Assembly: GCA_044229845.1 (NCBI GenBank)
Contig: JBGASG010000001.1
Span: 928,001-992,000 of the forward strand
Source: Candidatus Obscuribacteraceae bacterium
GTDB taxonomy: Bacteria; Cyanobacteriota; Vampirovibrionia; Obscuribacterales; Obscuribacteraceae
DNA length: 64,000 nucleotides
Direction of reading: 5' to 3'
Shown here piece by piece: positions 45,703 to 55,420 of this stretch (its first letter is position 1; the number at the start of each line of letters is the position of its first letter). The notes beneath the pieces are model-generated. The model saw only the letters and a list, made by a program, of their open reading frames with translations. It did not search any database and had not been told where the DNA came from. Position numbers and translations under genes: made by a program.

Positions 45703-46188
45703 ATGACACAACGTCTGCCATATCAAAAGATCAGTGCCGCCGGTATCCGAGCCCTGAACGCTGTTCACAGCTACGTGCAACAGTCGGGTCTGCCGGTGGC
45801 ACTGATCGATCTTGTTTATCTGCGCATTTCGCAAATCAACGGATGCGCTTACTGCATCGACATGCACTCCCGCGACATCCTCAAAGCCGGCATTCCAATC
45901 GAGAAGTTGGTACTGGTGCCCGTCTGGCGTGAGGCGGTCGAGATGTTTACTGAGAAAGAGCGCGCCGCGCTTGCCTGGGCGGAGTGTGTGACAAATGTTG
46001 CGCAAACCCAGGTGCCGGAAGCCGACTATCAGGCAGCTTCAGAACATCTTAGCGAGAAGGAACTGGTCGACCTGACGATTGCCATCGGCTTGATGAATGC
46101 GTTCAATCGTCTGGCCATCAGCTTCCGCGCAACTCCGGCGGCAGTCAAAGAACTGGCCGGTGCGACCACCTCAGCAACAGCATCCTAA
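45703..46188 (+). CDS. Carboxymuconolactone decarboxylase / AhpD-like protein
   Basis: LRISQINGCAYCIDMH and ERAALAWAE motifs. Confidence 0.92.
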   Translation: MTQRLPYQKISAAGIRALNAVHSYVQQSGLPVALIDLVYLRISQINGCAYCIDMHSRDILKAGIPIEKLVLVPVWREAVEMFTEKERAALAWAECVTNVAQTQVPEADYQAASEHLSEKELVDLTIAIGLMNAFNRLAISFRATPAAVKELAGATTSATAS

Positions 46189-46259
46189 CTCCGTTTTTCC
46201 GCCATTACGGTAAACTGTAGTGCTGCCTCGCTCGGGGGCGATGCTGACAAGAGGAAGTA

Positions 46260-46673
46260 ATGAAGTACCTGCACAGCGGCTACATTCTGTTCTGCGAACG
46301 CGCTGAACATGCCGACGACGGCCGCATCAATGCATTCGGGCTGTTCGACCTCTTCACCGGCAAGTACCTGCCTATTCGCGTGCAATGTCATTGCATCGTC
46401 GGCTTCGGCACTCCATACGAACGTCGGCAATATAAGGGCGTTTTCACCCTTGAAGATGCAGACGGAACGCAGCTGGTCACGCACGAGTTTCAAGCCAACG
46501 ATCCCAACGATCTTTTCAAGGGTCACCAGAGTTTTCCAGTTGACTTCACCCTTAATCGCGAGGGCAGCTATACCGCCCGCGTTGTGCTTTCCAACTGGAA
46601 GAACGAAGATGTCTGGGAAGTGCAGCGCCACTTCTGGGCGATGGTGATCGGCGAAACGCCGCCCGATCCGTAA
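46260..46673 (+). CDS. Hypothetical beta-sandwich protein
   Basis: GAGGA RBS; ILFCERA...GRIN.FGLFD and EGSYTARV; function unknown. Confidence 0.7.
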   Translation: MKYLHSGYILFCERAEHADDGRINAFGLFDLFTGKYLPIRVQCHCIVGFGTPYERRQYKGVFTLEDADGTQLVTHEFQANDPNDLFKGHQSFPVDFTLNREGSYTARVVLSNWKNEDVWEVQRHFWAMVIGETPPDP

Positions 46674-46732
46674 AGCATTAGGCACCGATTATAGGCACCG
46701 AATGTGGTGCCCGACCCAAGTTATGATGCGCG

Positions 46733-47362
46733 CTATTCGACCTTGATCGAGCGTGCCGCATTCTCGGCTTTCGCGAAGTACGTCTGTCCCGATGTCGGAT
46801 CACGCGAGTCAACGGCCACCGCTTTCGAGCCGACGATGGTCACATAAACGAAGCCGTGTATCAAGGTCGGACCCAGCTTTTCCTTGTATCCCTCCCAGGA
46901 TGCCATCCCGAACTTGCGACCGTTGATGGTTACTTCCTTGCTGGGCGACTTCTTAAAGTCCTTGTACGCACTCGGATAAGAAGAAAGGAACGCATCCACG
47001 AACTCTGTCGTGCGCACGGTTGGTGACATGTTAGTGAAACCATCGTTGACCGTCACGGAGAGCGTCGCGCGAGCCGATTCGCCCTTGCCCCAGGGTGGTG
47101 CCCAGATCACGCTCTCTACCGATGAAGCACCGTTTTTGCGATTGGCGCGCACCTTCTCCGAAAATTCTGTCGGCACCGCCAGGGAAAACTTCAAGCCGCC
47201 GGCGGTTTCTGTGACTTCGCTGCCACCTTCTGATTTTGCGTGAGGCGCAGTGACGTTTGGCGGCGGACCGGCATTTTGCGCGCCGGCGATTGCTCCGGCT
47301 GCCAGAGCGAACGCGCCCAGCGTAAATGATGCAATCAAAGTTTGTCGAAGATTCAAGGTCAT
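46733..47362 (-). CDS. Exported hypothetical protein (paralog family)
   Basis: Signal peptide; shares KDFKKS, FG.AS.EG and LGP.LIHGF.Y with 47625..48317. Confidence 0.75.
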   Translation of the reverse strand: MTLNLRQTLIASFTLGAFALAAGAIAGAQNAGPPPNVTAPHAKSEGGSEVTETAGGLKFSLAVPTEFSEKVRANRKNGASSVESVIWAPPWGKGESARATLSVTVNDGFTNMSPTVRTTEFVDAFLSSYPSAYKDFKKSPSKEVTINGRKFGMASWEGYKEKLGPTLIHGFVYVTIVGSKAVAVDSRDPTSGQTYFAKAENAARSIKVE

Positions 47363-47392
47363 TTGAAGAACTCCATTGACCGACCTGCTGGA

Positions 47393-47596
47393 CTACTGGA
47401 TCTTGAGAGAACGCGCCGAGGTTTCCGCTTTTGCTCGAAACAACTGCGCTTTGGTGGGGTCGCGATAATCGGATTTGCCGCCGTTTTTGGTAGCGGGTTT
47501 GGTGGCGTCAACGGCGCCGGCTTCCGCGGCCGCCGTCACAGTGATTGCGCACATGACACAAACTGTACTGCTAAGGAGTTTCGTTGGATTTTTCAT
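47393..47596 (-). pseudogene. Internally deleted third paralog
   Basis: Signal-like N-terminus joined directly to RDPTKAQLFRAKAETSARSLKIQ, which matches RDPTSGQTYFAKAENAARSIKVE of the neighbour. Confidence 0.65.
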
Positions 47597-47624
47597 CGAT
47601 GCTTCTCAGTCCTTTCGTATCACG

Positions 47625-48317
47625 TCACTCGATTTTGAATGATTGCGCAGCCTTCCGCAGCACTGGTAGATTGTCGGGCTTTACTCCCGGATCCAAGCCT
47701 TCGACCATGACAGTGCAGTTCTTGATCATGGCGATGTAAGTGAAGCCGTGTATGAGGTTCGGTCCAAGTATTGCTCTGCGCCCTTCGAAGGACGCCGTGC
47801 CGAACCGCGTGCCGCTTAGATTTGCAGTCGATGAATCCGACTTCTTGAAATCTTTGAACAGTTGCGGATACTCTCCTAGACTGGCATCGGCTAGTTTTGG
47901 CGGAGTGAACATGTAGGTGGCGATCAGCGGCGCAATGTTTCCACCCAGTGCGCTGGGATTTGAGAAATTCAGCCCCTCCGTCACCATGATCACAATTTGT
48001 GGTGGTGCCACCCCGGCGGGCGCCGGCGAAGACAGAGTCAGCAGTTCGTACTTTTTCTGCGTCTTCATTGTGCCCTTGACGCGTTTCAAAATGCCAAAGT
48101 TTGCCGGCACGACCATGCTGACGCGCTGGCCGCAAATGGTGGTCGTGGCTTCCTTGTAGTTCTTGTCGACCGCCGCAAAGACCACCGGCGAATACTGCGA
48201 ACTGCCGCTCGCACCTGGTTTAGCGGCGTCTTCCGCACAGGCGCTCGAGCCGCCCATCTGGGCTAGCGCCAGAACTGTGATTGAGACAAGGACACGCGTC
48301 TTTAGAGTTGAAAACAT
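47625..48317 (-). CDS. Exported hypothetical protein (paralog family)
   Basis: Signal peptide; shared motifs with 46733..47362; ends AAQSFKIE. Confidence 0.75.
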   Translation of the reverse strand: MFSTLKTRVLVSITVLALAQMGGSSACAEDAAKPGASGSSQYSPVVFAAVDKNYKEATTTICGQRVSMVVPANFGILKRVKGTMKTQKKYELLTLSSPAPAGVAPPQIVIMVTEGLNFSNPSALGGNIAPLIATYMFTPPKLADASLGEYPQLFKDFKKSDSSTANLSGTRFGTASFEGRRAILGPNLIHGFTYIAMIKNCTVMVEGLDPGVKPDNLPVLRKAAQSFKIE

Positions 48318-48431
48318 GTTCTCTTCTCGCTTACCGAGGTGGCTATTTTAAACCAACCGGTCGCTCACTCAAAGTCGCTGATTTCGCAGCCTTATGCAAC
48401 ACTGCCATCTGGGTCGACTTAGCTTCCCACG

Positions 48432-49673
48432 TTATAGAAAGGGCACGTACTCGAAAGAGCCGGCGAGAATCGATTTGCTGTCGGCAGCCAACCACTTGTC
48501 GAGAATGGTGGCATACATCGACCGGAAGTCGATGACGTATTTCAAATCGCCGTTGTCCAAATTCGTCAGACTCGGCTGCTCGCCGTAAATCCCACCTCTG
48601 ATATTCGTGCCCGCCACGAAGGCCGGCGCCGCGGTACCATGATCGGTGCCGCGTCCCCCATTCTCTGCCACCCGGCGCCCGAATTCGGAGAATGCCATCA
48701 ACACAACATCATCGTCGACTTTGTGTGCCTTCAGATCTTCGTAGAACGCCGTAACTCCCTCGGACAATTGCTTCAACAATCCAGCTTGGGTGCGTAGTTG
48801 ATTTGTATGCGTGTCGAATCCGTCAAGACTGACGGAAAACACAGGTGCATTCAGTCCGCCCGCGATCATTTGAGCAATGAATTTCAATCCGTTGCCAAAT
48901 GAGCCCGTCGGATATTTGGCTGTGCTCTGATAGTTTTTGACCAGTCTTTGTAGATAATCGGAGGCGGCGTTGGCGTCAACACCCGCCTTGCGCAACAAGT
49001 CTGCATGCGGACGCTTTAAATCAAAGTCCGCGTAAATCTCGTTGAACGCTTGCACCTGCGCCTCACGATCTTGCTGATACATCGGATCGGTGCGGAATTT
49101 GAACTCCAGCGGATTATTGACCGAAGGCACGGTCACCTGATCGGCGAGCAACGACTTGGGCAATATAGGATCGACATTCACTGCCGGAAAGAGATTCTCA
49201 CCGGCTCCACGCGCGCAACACGAATCTAAGTAGCGCCCCAGCCAGCCGGTGTTTTCAATGCGGTCTGGAAAACCGGTCTGCCAGATTTCGATGGAGCGGA
49301 AGTGGGAGCGATTTGGTGTTGGATATCCAACTCCCTGCACAATCGCCAGTTTGCCGGATTTATAAAGATCGGCGAAAGCAGTCATGTCGGGATGCAGCGC
49401 AGTTTTCCCATCCAGCGGCAATGCCTTATCCGCGGCAATGCCGATCACCGGACGCGCTTTGTAGTACGCACCATCGGTATAGGGAATCACGGTGTTCAAA
49501 CCGTCATTGCCACCACCCATCTGCACAAGCACCAGTATCTTGGTCTTGCCCGACTGCCGTGGGGCAAAGTCAGCAGCCTTCGCGGCCAGCGACCAGATTG
49601 ACGGCAACGTCAAAGAAACCCCGACAACACCTAGACCTTGTTTGAGAAACTTGCGCCGCGAGACTTCCTTCAT
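48432..49673 (-). CDS. DUF1501 protein with Tat signal
   Basis: SRRKFLK, GGNDGLNT, NRSHF, GFDTH, SEFGRR and GTDHG motifs. Confidence 0.92.
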   Translation of the reverse strand: MKEVSRRKFLKQGLGVVGVSLTLPSIWSLAAKAADFAPRQSGKTKILVLVQMGGGNDGLNTVIPYTDGAYYKARPVIGIAADKALPLDGKTALHPDMTAFADLYKSGKLAIVQGVGYPTPNRSHFRSIEIWQTGFPDRIENTGWLGRYLDSCCARGAGENLFPAVNVDPILPKSLLADQVTVPSVNNPLEFKFRTDPMYQQDREAQVQAFNEIYADFDLKRPHADLLRKAGVDANAASDYLQRLVKNYQSTAKYPTGSFGNGLKFIAQMIAGGLNAPVFSVSLDGFDTHTNQLRTQAGLLKQLSEGVTAFYEDLKAHKVDDDVVLMAFSEFGRRVAENGGRGTDHGTAAPAFVAGTNIRGGIYGEQPSLTNLDNGDLKYVIDFRSMYATILDKWLAADSKSILAGSFEYVPFL

Positions 49674-49695
49674 GCCTGTCGTGTTCCTTTGAAAC

Positions 49696-51054
49696 TCATG
49701 CCAATTGATAACTGGGAAGCGTCATGATCAAGTGTACGAGACCGCGCAGCTTGGCGTCCAATATTTTGTCGTTGGGCATCTGAGCGGCGCCCGCGGCATC
49801 TGCCGGCGGCGCGCCCTTGATGTCGCTGCCGACATATGCCTGCAGCCGCTCACGCGTGCTGCCTGGAACATCCCCATCAACCAGCAGTTGCAGAAAGTAA
49901 TCGACCATCTGCGTGTTGGTGTGAATGCCCTGTTTCTTCAACAGTTCCGACGTAGCAACCGCCTGCTTCAGATCGGCAAACCGCTCGCTGGAGACGCGTG
50001 CCGCAAAATTGAAGCGCTCCATCATCGTATCCGTGGCTATCCACGCCTCGCCACCGTCCCAGCCTTTGACATTGGGCGGCTCAAACAAATTCTGCCCCAT
50101 GCGCGCCATGCTGGTCGGCAGGTCGTGGTCCAGTTTCTTGATCTGCAAAGTCTTAAGTGTGCCCACCACTAATTCTGCGGGGCTCTTGATGTGCGCGTGA
50201 TAAGCCTTCTTGGAGAGAAACTCAGGCGAAGTGAAAATGGCACGCAGCACCGGTCCGATGTTGTAATTGCTCGACGAATAAACTTTAGCGATGCGCGTCA
50301 CGTACTCCTTGCTTGGGTCTTCGAAGACGAAAAATCTGATCAGCTTTCTGGTAAGAAACATTGCCGCAGCTGGCCGTGCCACCAGAATGCGCACCACGTC
50401 GTCGCCATTCAAGTTGCCTGTGACACCAAGCAGCGTCTTGGAACCATTGTCGTGCTGCTTGGAGTTGAAGAAGAAACCGCTGCTCTGCGTCTGCCAACCA
50501 GTGAACGCGCGCGCCGCCTCTTTGATGTCTTGCTCGGTGTAATTGCCGATGCCCAGCGTGAACAATTCCATGATCTCGCGAGCATAGTTCTCGTTGGGTT
50601 TGCCTTTGCGATTTTGTTGATTGTCCAGCCAGATGATCATGGCTGGGTCTTTGGAGACGTTGTATAAGAGCTCGTGAAAGCTGCCCATGCCATAAGAGCG
50701 AAACAGCATGTTCTGCAGATACATGGCATAGGGATGTCCGACTTTTCTGTTCGATGTGGCGAAGTGCCCGTGCCAGAAGAGAGTCATCTTCTCTTCGAGA
50801 GGGCGTTTCGTGAACATCATGCGGTAGAGCCACCAGCGCTTTAGATCACCCAGATTTGTGAAATCGAATTGCTGCTTTTCCTTGATCTGCGATTCCAGAA
50901 CGTCGTTGCTGACACGCTCGGGATTGAGCAATTCGTCGAGCGTATCTTTGTAACCGAGCCCCTTGTAGTAATCAAACTCCTGCGGCGTGTGCCCGAAACC
51001 AGCCCTGCGCAGCAGGTGACGAATCCACATCGAATCGGAGTTTTGCGAATTCAT
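49696..51054 (-). CDS. DUF1800 protein
   Basis: HLLRRAGFG, LFWHGHFATS, NENYAREIMELFTLG and PPNVKGW motifs. Confidence 0.93.
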   Translation of the reverse strand: MNSQNSDSMWIRHLLRRAGFGHTPQEFDYYKGLGYKDTLDELLNPERVSNDVLESQIKEKQQFDFTNLGDLKRWWLYRMMFTKRPLEEKMTLFWHGHFATSNRKVGHPYAMYLQNMLFRSYGMGSFHELLYNVSKDPAMIIWLDNQQNRKGKPNENYAREIMELFTLGIGNYTEQDIKEAARAFTGWQTQSSGFFFNSKQHDNGSKTLLGVTGNLNGDDVVRILVARPAAAMFLTRKLIRFFVFEDPSKEYVTRIAKVYSSSNYNIGPVLRAIFTSPEFLSKKAYHAHIKSPAELVVGTLKTLQIKKLDHDLPTSMARMGQNLFEPPNVKGWDGGEAWIATDTMMERFNFAARVSSERFADLKQAVATSELLKKQGIHTNTQMVDYFLQLLVDGDVPGSTRERLQAYVGSDIKGAPPADAAGAAQMPNDKILDAKLRGLVHLIMTLPSYQLA

Positions 51055-51060
51055 ACTTTC

Positions 51061-51753
51061 TCAGTTGGCTTCCACCGGTGCTATCGACATATTGGGCGGT
51101 GGTCCGACCACGCCCGACGGTTTGAACGAGCCCTGTTTACTCATGCCTGGTGGCATATTCGGTGCGTTCAATCCGGTCAGCATCTCGCCGTGCCGCATTT
51201 GATCGAGTTGCACGAGTTGCTGTTCGGTGAGCAGCGCTTTTACCTGGTCCCAACCTGATTGGCGCGCCGTCTGAATCTTCAGCACCAGATCTTTGCCGGG
51301 ACCGTTTTCAATCTGATCGCGGAAATATTGTTCGCCGCTGATTTTCTCACCGGGCTTCGGGCGCATCTCCTTCAGTTCGTTTAGCCAGGGCTGAATTGTT
51401 TCTTTGGTGGCATTGTAGATTTTTTCGATGTCCTTCTTCTGCTCTGCTTTGAGCCCCGGAATCTGCTTCAGCTGCTGATAGTTGGGAAACTTGCTCGCTT
51501 GCGCATCAATCATTTCGCGAACGCGTCCGCGCGCATCGGTGGCGGTGCGAAATCCCGGTGCTACGTCACCGGCATTCTCCGGGTCGCTGAATATGTTGCA
51601 GCCCGAGTTGACCTTGTCGCAATTGTCGGTGGCTTGTTTCTTCGACGCTTGATTCTTCTGTGGCTGCTGCTTCGCTGCTCGTGTCTTCGATGCAGCAAAA
51701 AGCGCCGGCTGCGCCAGCGCCATTACCGCAATAACCAGCAAAACCTTTTTCAT
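51061..51753 (-). CDS. Exported helical protein (Spy/CpxP-like C-terminal half)
   Basis: MKK signal peptide; L.AEQKKDI and LLTEQQ motifs. Confidence 0.65.
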   Translation of the reverse strand: MKKVLLVIAVMALAQPALFAASKTRAAKQQPQKNQASKKQATDNCDKVNSGCNIFSDPENAGDVAPGFRTATDARGRVREMIDAQASKFPNYQQLKQIPGLKAEQKKDIEKIYNATKETIQPWLNELKEMRPKPGEKISGEQYFRDQIENGPGKDLVLKIQTARQSGWDQVKALLTEQQLVQLDQMRHGEMLTGLNAPNMPPGMSKQGSFKPSGVVGPPPNMSIAPVEAN

Positions 51754-51937
51754 CGCTATTGACAAGAGTTGGGAAGAAACGACCTGGCTCCTTCCTGTAG
51801 ATTATTCCAATTCTTGACAATACGCCAGTCGTTCCCCATATGAAATTCGCTTCCCTTTGGGTTACCGGGTTTTTTGGTATCTTTGCAACGGCGTTACGGC
51901 AAGAGCCGGCTGGAACCCTTAGGATTTCGTCCACCGA

Positions 51938-53086
51938 ATGAAGCACCTCAACTTTCTCGATGGGCTGCGCGCCGTCTCCATTGTTATGGTGATGGGCTTT
52001 CACAGTATGGGACCCATCTCCGGTGCCATCGGCAACGGCTGGCTGGGTGTCGACGTTTTCTTTGTGATCAGCGGATTTCTGATCACCAGTCTGCTTCTGC
52101 GCGAGAAGGCGCAAAGCGGCACCGTCAACCTGCGCAACTTCTATGTTCGTCGATTTCTGCGTTTGATGCCGGCGTACTGGGCGTTTCTCATAGTGGCGCT
52201 GCTGGTCAATCCGCATCACAGCGCCAAGATGGTGCCCGCATTCATCACTTCAGCCTGCTACATGTCCGATTACGACCTGGCATTCAACTGGGGCAATATC
52301 CTGGGTAGCGGCATCGAAACCACCTGGTCGCTTTCAGTCGAAGAAAAGTTCTACTTTCTGTGGCCGGCGATCGTTCTTTTCCTGGGTTCGCGCTCGGGCA
52401 TGGCGGCGGTCAGCGCAATTCTTGCCTGCGAGATTTTCAAAGGCTGGCTCTGCTACACGCACGCACCTTGCCTGCGTTTGATGGCAGCGTTCGACACTCA
52501 TGTCGACGAGATTATGTTCGGGTGTCTGGCTGCGCAACTGATGAGCACGGCGAAAGCGCGCACGTTGCTGCGCACCGGACGCGGCGGTAATGCATGTGCA
52601 TTTGCACTGGCGGCGGTGATGATCTGGATCTGCTACGCATCACCGCATCCTAAATACCTCACCGACCCGGCGCAGATGACCGTGTTTTTCTCGGTGGTGA
52701 TGCCTGTGTTCTCGGCTGCTGCGGCGCTGCTCATTATGTTGTGCGCCGCCAATGAAAAACTGTGGCTGGCGCGTTTGTTATCAATTCGCCCGCTGGTCTG
52801 GATGGGTGTCTTGTCGTACAGCTTGTACCTGTGGCATCCACTGGTGATGAGCAACATCAGCTGGTGGGCGCATTCACATACCCGCAACCCGGTGAAAAAC
52901 GAACTGATCACGTTCGCCGGCTGCCTTGCTGTCGCCGCGTTGTCGTATTACTTGATCGAAAAACCGTTCCTCAAGTTGAAGAAACGCTTTGAATTCCGCG
53001 CGGGCGCGGACGACACCGAATATGGTGCCGGGCGACCCGCCAAGGAGGCGAAGCTCTCCGCGCCGGTGCCCACCGCCTGCGTGTAA
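51938..53086 (+). CDS. Acyltransferase 3 family (OafA-like O-acetyltransferase)
   Basis: LDGLRA, GVDVFFVISGFLIT, RRFLRL.P, WSLSVEE and SYSLYLWH motifs. Confidence 0.93.
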   Translation: MKHLNFLDGLRAVSIVMVMGFHSMGPISGAIGNGWLGVDVFFVISGFLITSLLLREKAQSGTVNLRNFYVRRFLRLMPAYWAFLIVALLVNPHHSAKMVPAFITSACYMSDYDLAFNWGNILGSGIETTWSLSVEEKFYFLWPAIVLFLGSRSGMAAVSAILACEIFKGWLCYTHAPCLRLMAAFDTHVDEIMFGCLAAQLMSTAKARTLLRTGRGGNACAFALAAVMIWICYASPHPKYLTDPAQMTVFFSVVMPVFSAAAALLIMLCAANEKLWLARLLSIRPLVWMGVLSYSLYLWHPLVMSNISWWAHSHTRNPVKNELITFAGCLAVAALSYYLIEKPFLKLKKRFEFRAGADDTEYGAGRPAKEAKLSAPVPTACV

Positions 53087-53137
53087 GTCCGACCGGGTAA
53101 CGCGTACGAAGGTGTGGCCGCCGCGAATGGAGGGGCG

Positions 53138-53239
53138 TGCGTCAGTTTTGATGCAGCCAAGTCGATTTTTGCTTGCGCAACCCGGTTTTTTGAGCAGTCG
53201 GCACGCAGAATCGAGGGTTTCTGCGTCAAAACTGACGCA
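53138..53239. repeat. 102-bp element bounded by 19-bp inverted repeats (MITE/REPIN-like)
   Basis: TGCGTCAGTTTTGATGCAG (53138-53156) and CTGCGTCAAAACTGACGCA (53221-53239) are 18/19 complementary; each arm is itself a 7-4-7 palindrome. Confidence 0.7.
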
Positions 53240-53273
53240 GACCACTGTCCGGGCTATTTGGTTTTGAAAGATT

Positions 53274-53346
53274 TGGACGGTACTGGATTCGAACCAGTGG
53301 CCCCCACTATGTCAAAGTGATGCGCTACCAACTGCGCCAACCGTCC
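53274..53346 (-). tRNA. tRNA-Val(GAC)
   Basis: Reverse complement is GGACGGTTGGCGCAGTTGGTAGCGCATCACTTTGACATAGTGGGGGCCACTGGTTCGAATCCAGTACCGTCCA; anticodon loop TTGACAT. Confidence 0.96.
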
Positions 53347-53409
53347 AAGTCAGGGGATGTATTTTAACGTGACTCCCCAATCGCCACAACCCGCAAAGCG
53401 GGGAAAAAT

Positions 53410-53484
<75 letters not shown>

Positions 53485-53501
53485 AGGCATGCAGGGAGGA
53501 A

Positions 53502-53531
53502 ATCCTAGATGCAGCCTGATTCGTTTGTCAA
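53502..53531 (-). promoter_or_regulatory. sigma70 promoter for the tRNA-Cys/tRNA-Val genes
   Basis: On the minus strand: TTGACA (53531-53526), 18-bp spacer, TAGGAT (53507-53502). Confidence 0.6.
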
Positions 53532-53659
53532 ACGGACAATTGAGGGACAAATGTCAAAGACAAAAGAATAGGGCGTTCCGAGAACACCTGCCTCAAAGGT
53601 AGTTTACAAAAATCCCTGGCAACTCGCCACGATTTATTACGGTGACCGCTCCTTTGCCT

Positions 53660-54782
53660 TTAACCGTCGTCAGGCAGTGCCTCGACCCGCACGTCCAGAT
53701 GCTTTTGGGCGTTGCCACGCCGAATATCCACTTTCAGCACCTGACCGACACTGACTCGCGCAACCGCCTCACTGACGTCGTCCGGGCGGCTAACCGCCAT
53801 GCCGTCGATTTGTGTGATTACATCGCCGGGCAGCAAACCGGCATTGGACGCCGGTCCAAAAGGTCTGACCGTCGAGACCTGGACGCCCTTCGCCGCAGGA
53901 ACCATGCCCATAGCGGCTGCCGCCGGTATTGATACCCACCACTTCGCCGCGCAGGTTGATGAGCGGTCCGCCGGAACTGCCCGGGTTCACTGAAGCATCG
54001 GTTTGGATGAATCGCACCGCGCCCGTCCGCGCGCCATATGCGGTATAGCCTTTGACTTCGCGCCCGATGCCGCTGATCAGCCCGAGCGTCACTGAGCTGT
54101 CCAGTCCAAGCTGATTGCCAATGGCAATTACCCACTCACCTTTGCGCAATTGATCGACATCGGCGAACTTCGCGGTCGGCAGCCCCGTTGCCTCTATCTT
54201 GACGGCGGCAAGGTCGTAAAACGAATCGCGATTGAGGATTTTGGCGGGGAAGGTGCGCTTGTCGTGCAGCGTCACGGTGATCTGCGCCTGACCATCGACC
54301 ACATGCAAACTCGTGAGTATCACGCCGTCCGACCGCACGATGACGCCGGTGCCCGCCAGTTTGGTGTAGCTTTCATCGCCGGGCAAGTCGCCGAAGAAAC
54401 GCTTGTGGCGCTGGATTTCCTCTGGTGTCTGCGGCTTTCTGGTGCCGGGATTGTTGCAGGCGATGTTGACTATGAAAGGTTCAGCGCCTTCGATGACGTC
54501 GGCGATTGTGTCGGGACCAAGGAATTGCATGCCCCAGCGCCCGCTGCCGCCGTTGCGCGCTGCGGGTGGCGCCGCTGCCGGTTGTTGTGGTGGCGCCGCC
54601 CCGGGTTGCGTTGCGGGTTGCACTGCTGGCGGCACGGATTGCGCTTCCGGCGTCACGGGTTGTGTGGACGTCGCGCCGTCAGCGGTGACGCCGGACGGTG
54701 CGGTTTCTTCCCCCGCGCAAAACCCGGGTGCTGCACACACTGACAAGAAGAGAAACGCCGCCAACACAGACGCAATGCGCAC
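53660..54782 (-). pseudogene. HtrA/Deg serine protease with the PDZ domain out of frame
   Basis: Protease motifs LTSLHVV, YDLA and QTDASVNPGSSGGPL end at VVGINT. The PDZ (GVQVSTVRPFGPASNAGLLPGDVI) is in another frame and the usual GIGFAIP...PWLG linker is missing. Confidence 0.8.
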
Positions 54783-54857
54783 CAAAACGAAACCCTCGAA
54801 TTCACAGTACAATTACACCGCAACAAGCCTCAATTCTAATACGTTGGTGATAATCAG

Positions 54858-55364
54858 GTGTTACGGTTTCATGTGGTAGTGACGGCAGCCCTGTGCGCAT
54901 GCGCGGCGATGACGACGCTGAGCGCTTGCAATTCCAGCAAAGAAGTTTCTTTTCAATCGGGCGGCGTGAAACAAACTTTCGCCAGCGGGCACGAAGCCAC
55001 AGACGAAGCGTTTCCGCTGCCCATGTATCCAGCCGCGCAACCCTCCGGCTCGGTGGGTTCGCAAGGTGACGCCAACGACAACAGCAAGTTTCTTATGCTG
55101 ACGTCGCAAGATGCTGTTTCAAAGATTGGCGACTTTTACGAAGCCGAAATGAAAAAGGAAGGGTGGAACATCGTTTCGCTCAACACTTTGCCAAGCATGA
55201 TCAACATCAGCGCTGAAAAAGACAACCTGGAAGGCAGCGTCATGGTCACTGGCGACGGCGAAAACACGACTATCAAACTGCAAGTCGGCAACAAGGTGGA
55301 AGGCGTGCCCAGCCCGTCTACGGCGCCGAACGCCACGGACCAGCTAAATCCGCCCACCGACTGA
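54858..55364 (+). CDS. Putative lipoprotein
   Basis: Hydrophobic signal with LSAC lipobox; FPLPMYP and FYEAEMKKEGW motifs. Confidence 0.75.
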   Translation: MLRFHVVVTAALCACAAMTTLSACNSSKEVSFQSGGVKQTFASGHEATDEAFPLPMYPAAQPSGSVGSQGDANDNSKFLMLTSQDAVSKIGDFYEAEMKKEGWNIVSLNTLPSMINISAEKDNLEGSVMVTGDGENTTIKLQVGNKVEGVPSPSTAPNATDQLNPPTD

Positions 55365-55420
55365 TACGATATTCGATTGCGTGCTCGCGCACCGCTCGCC
55401 AACAAATAGGATGTATCGCA

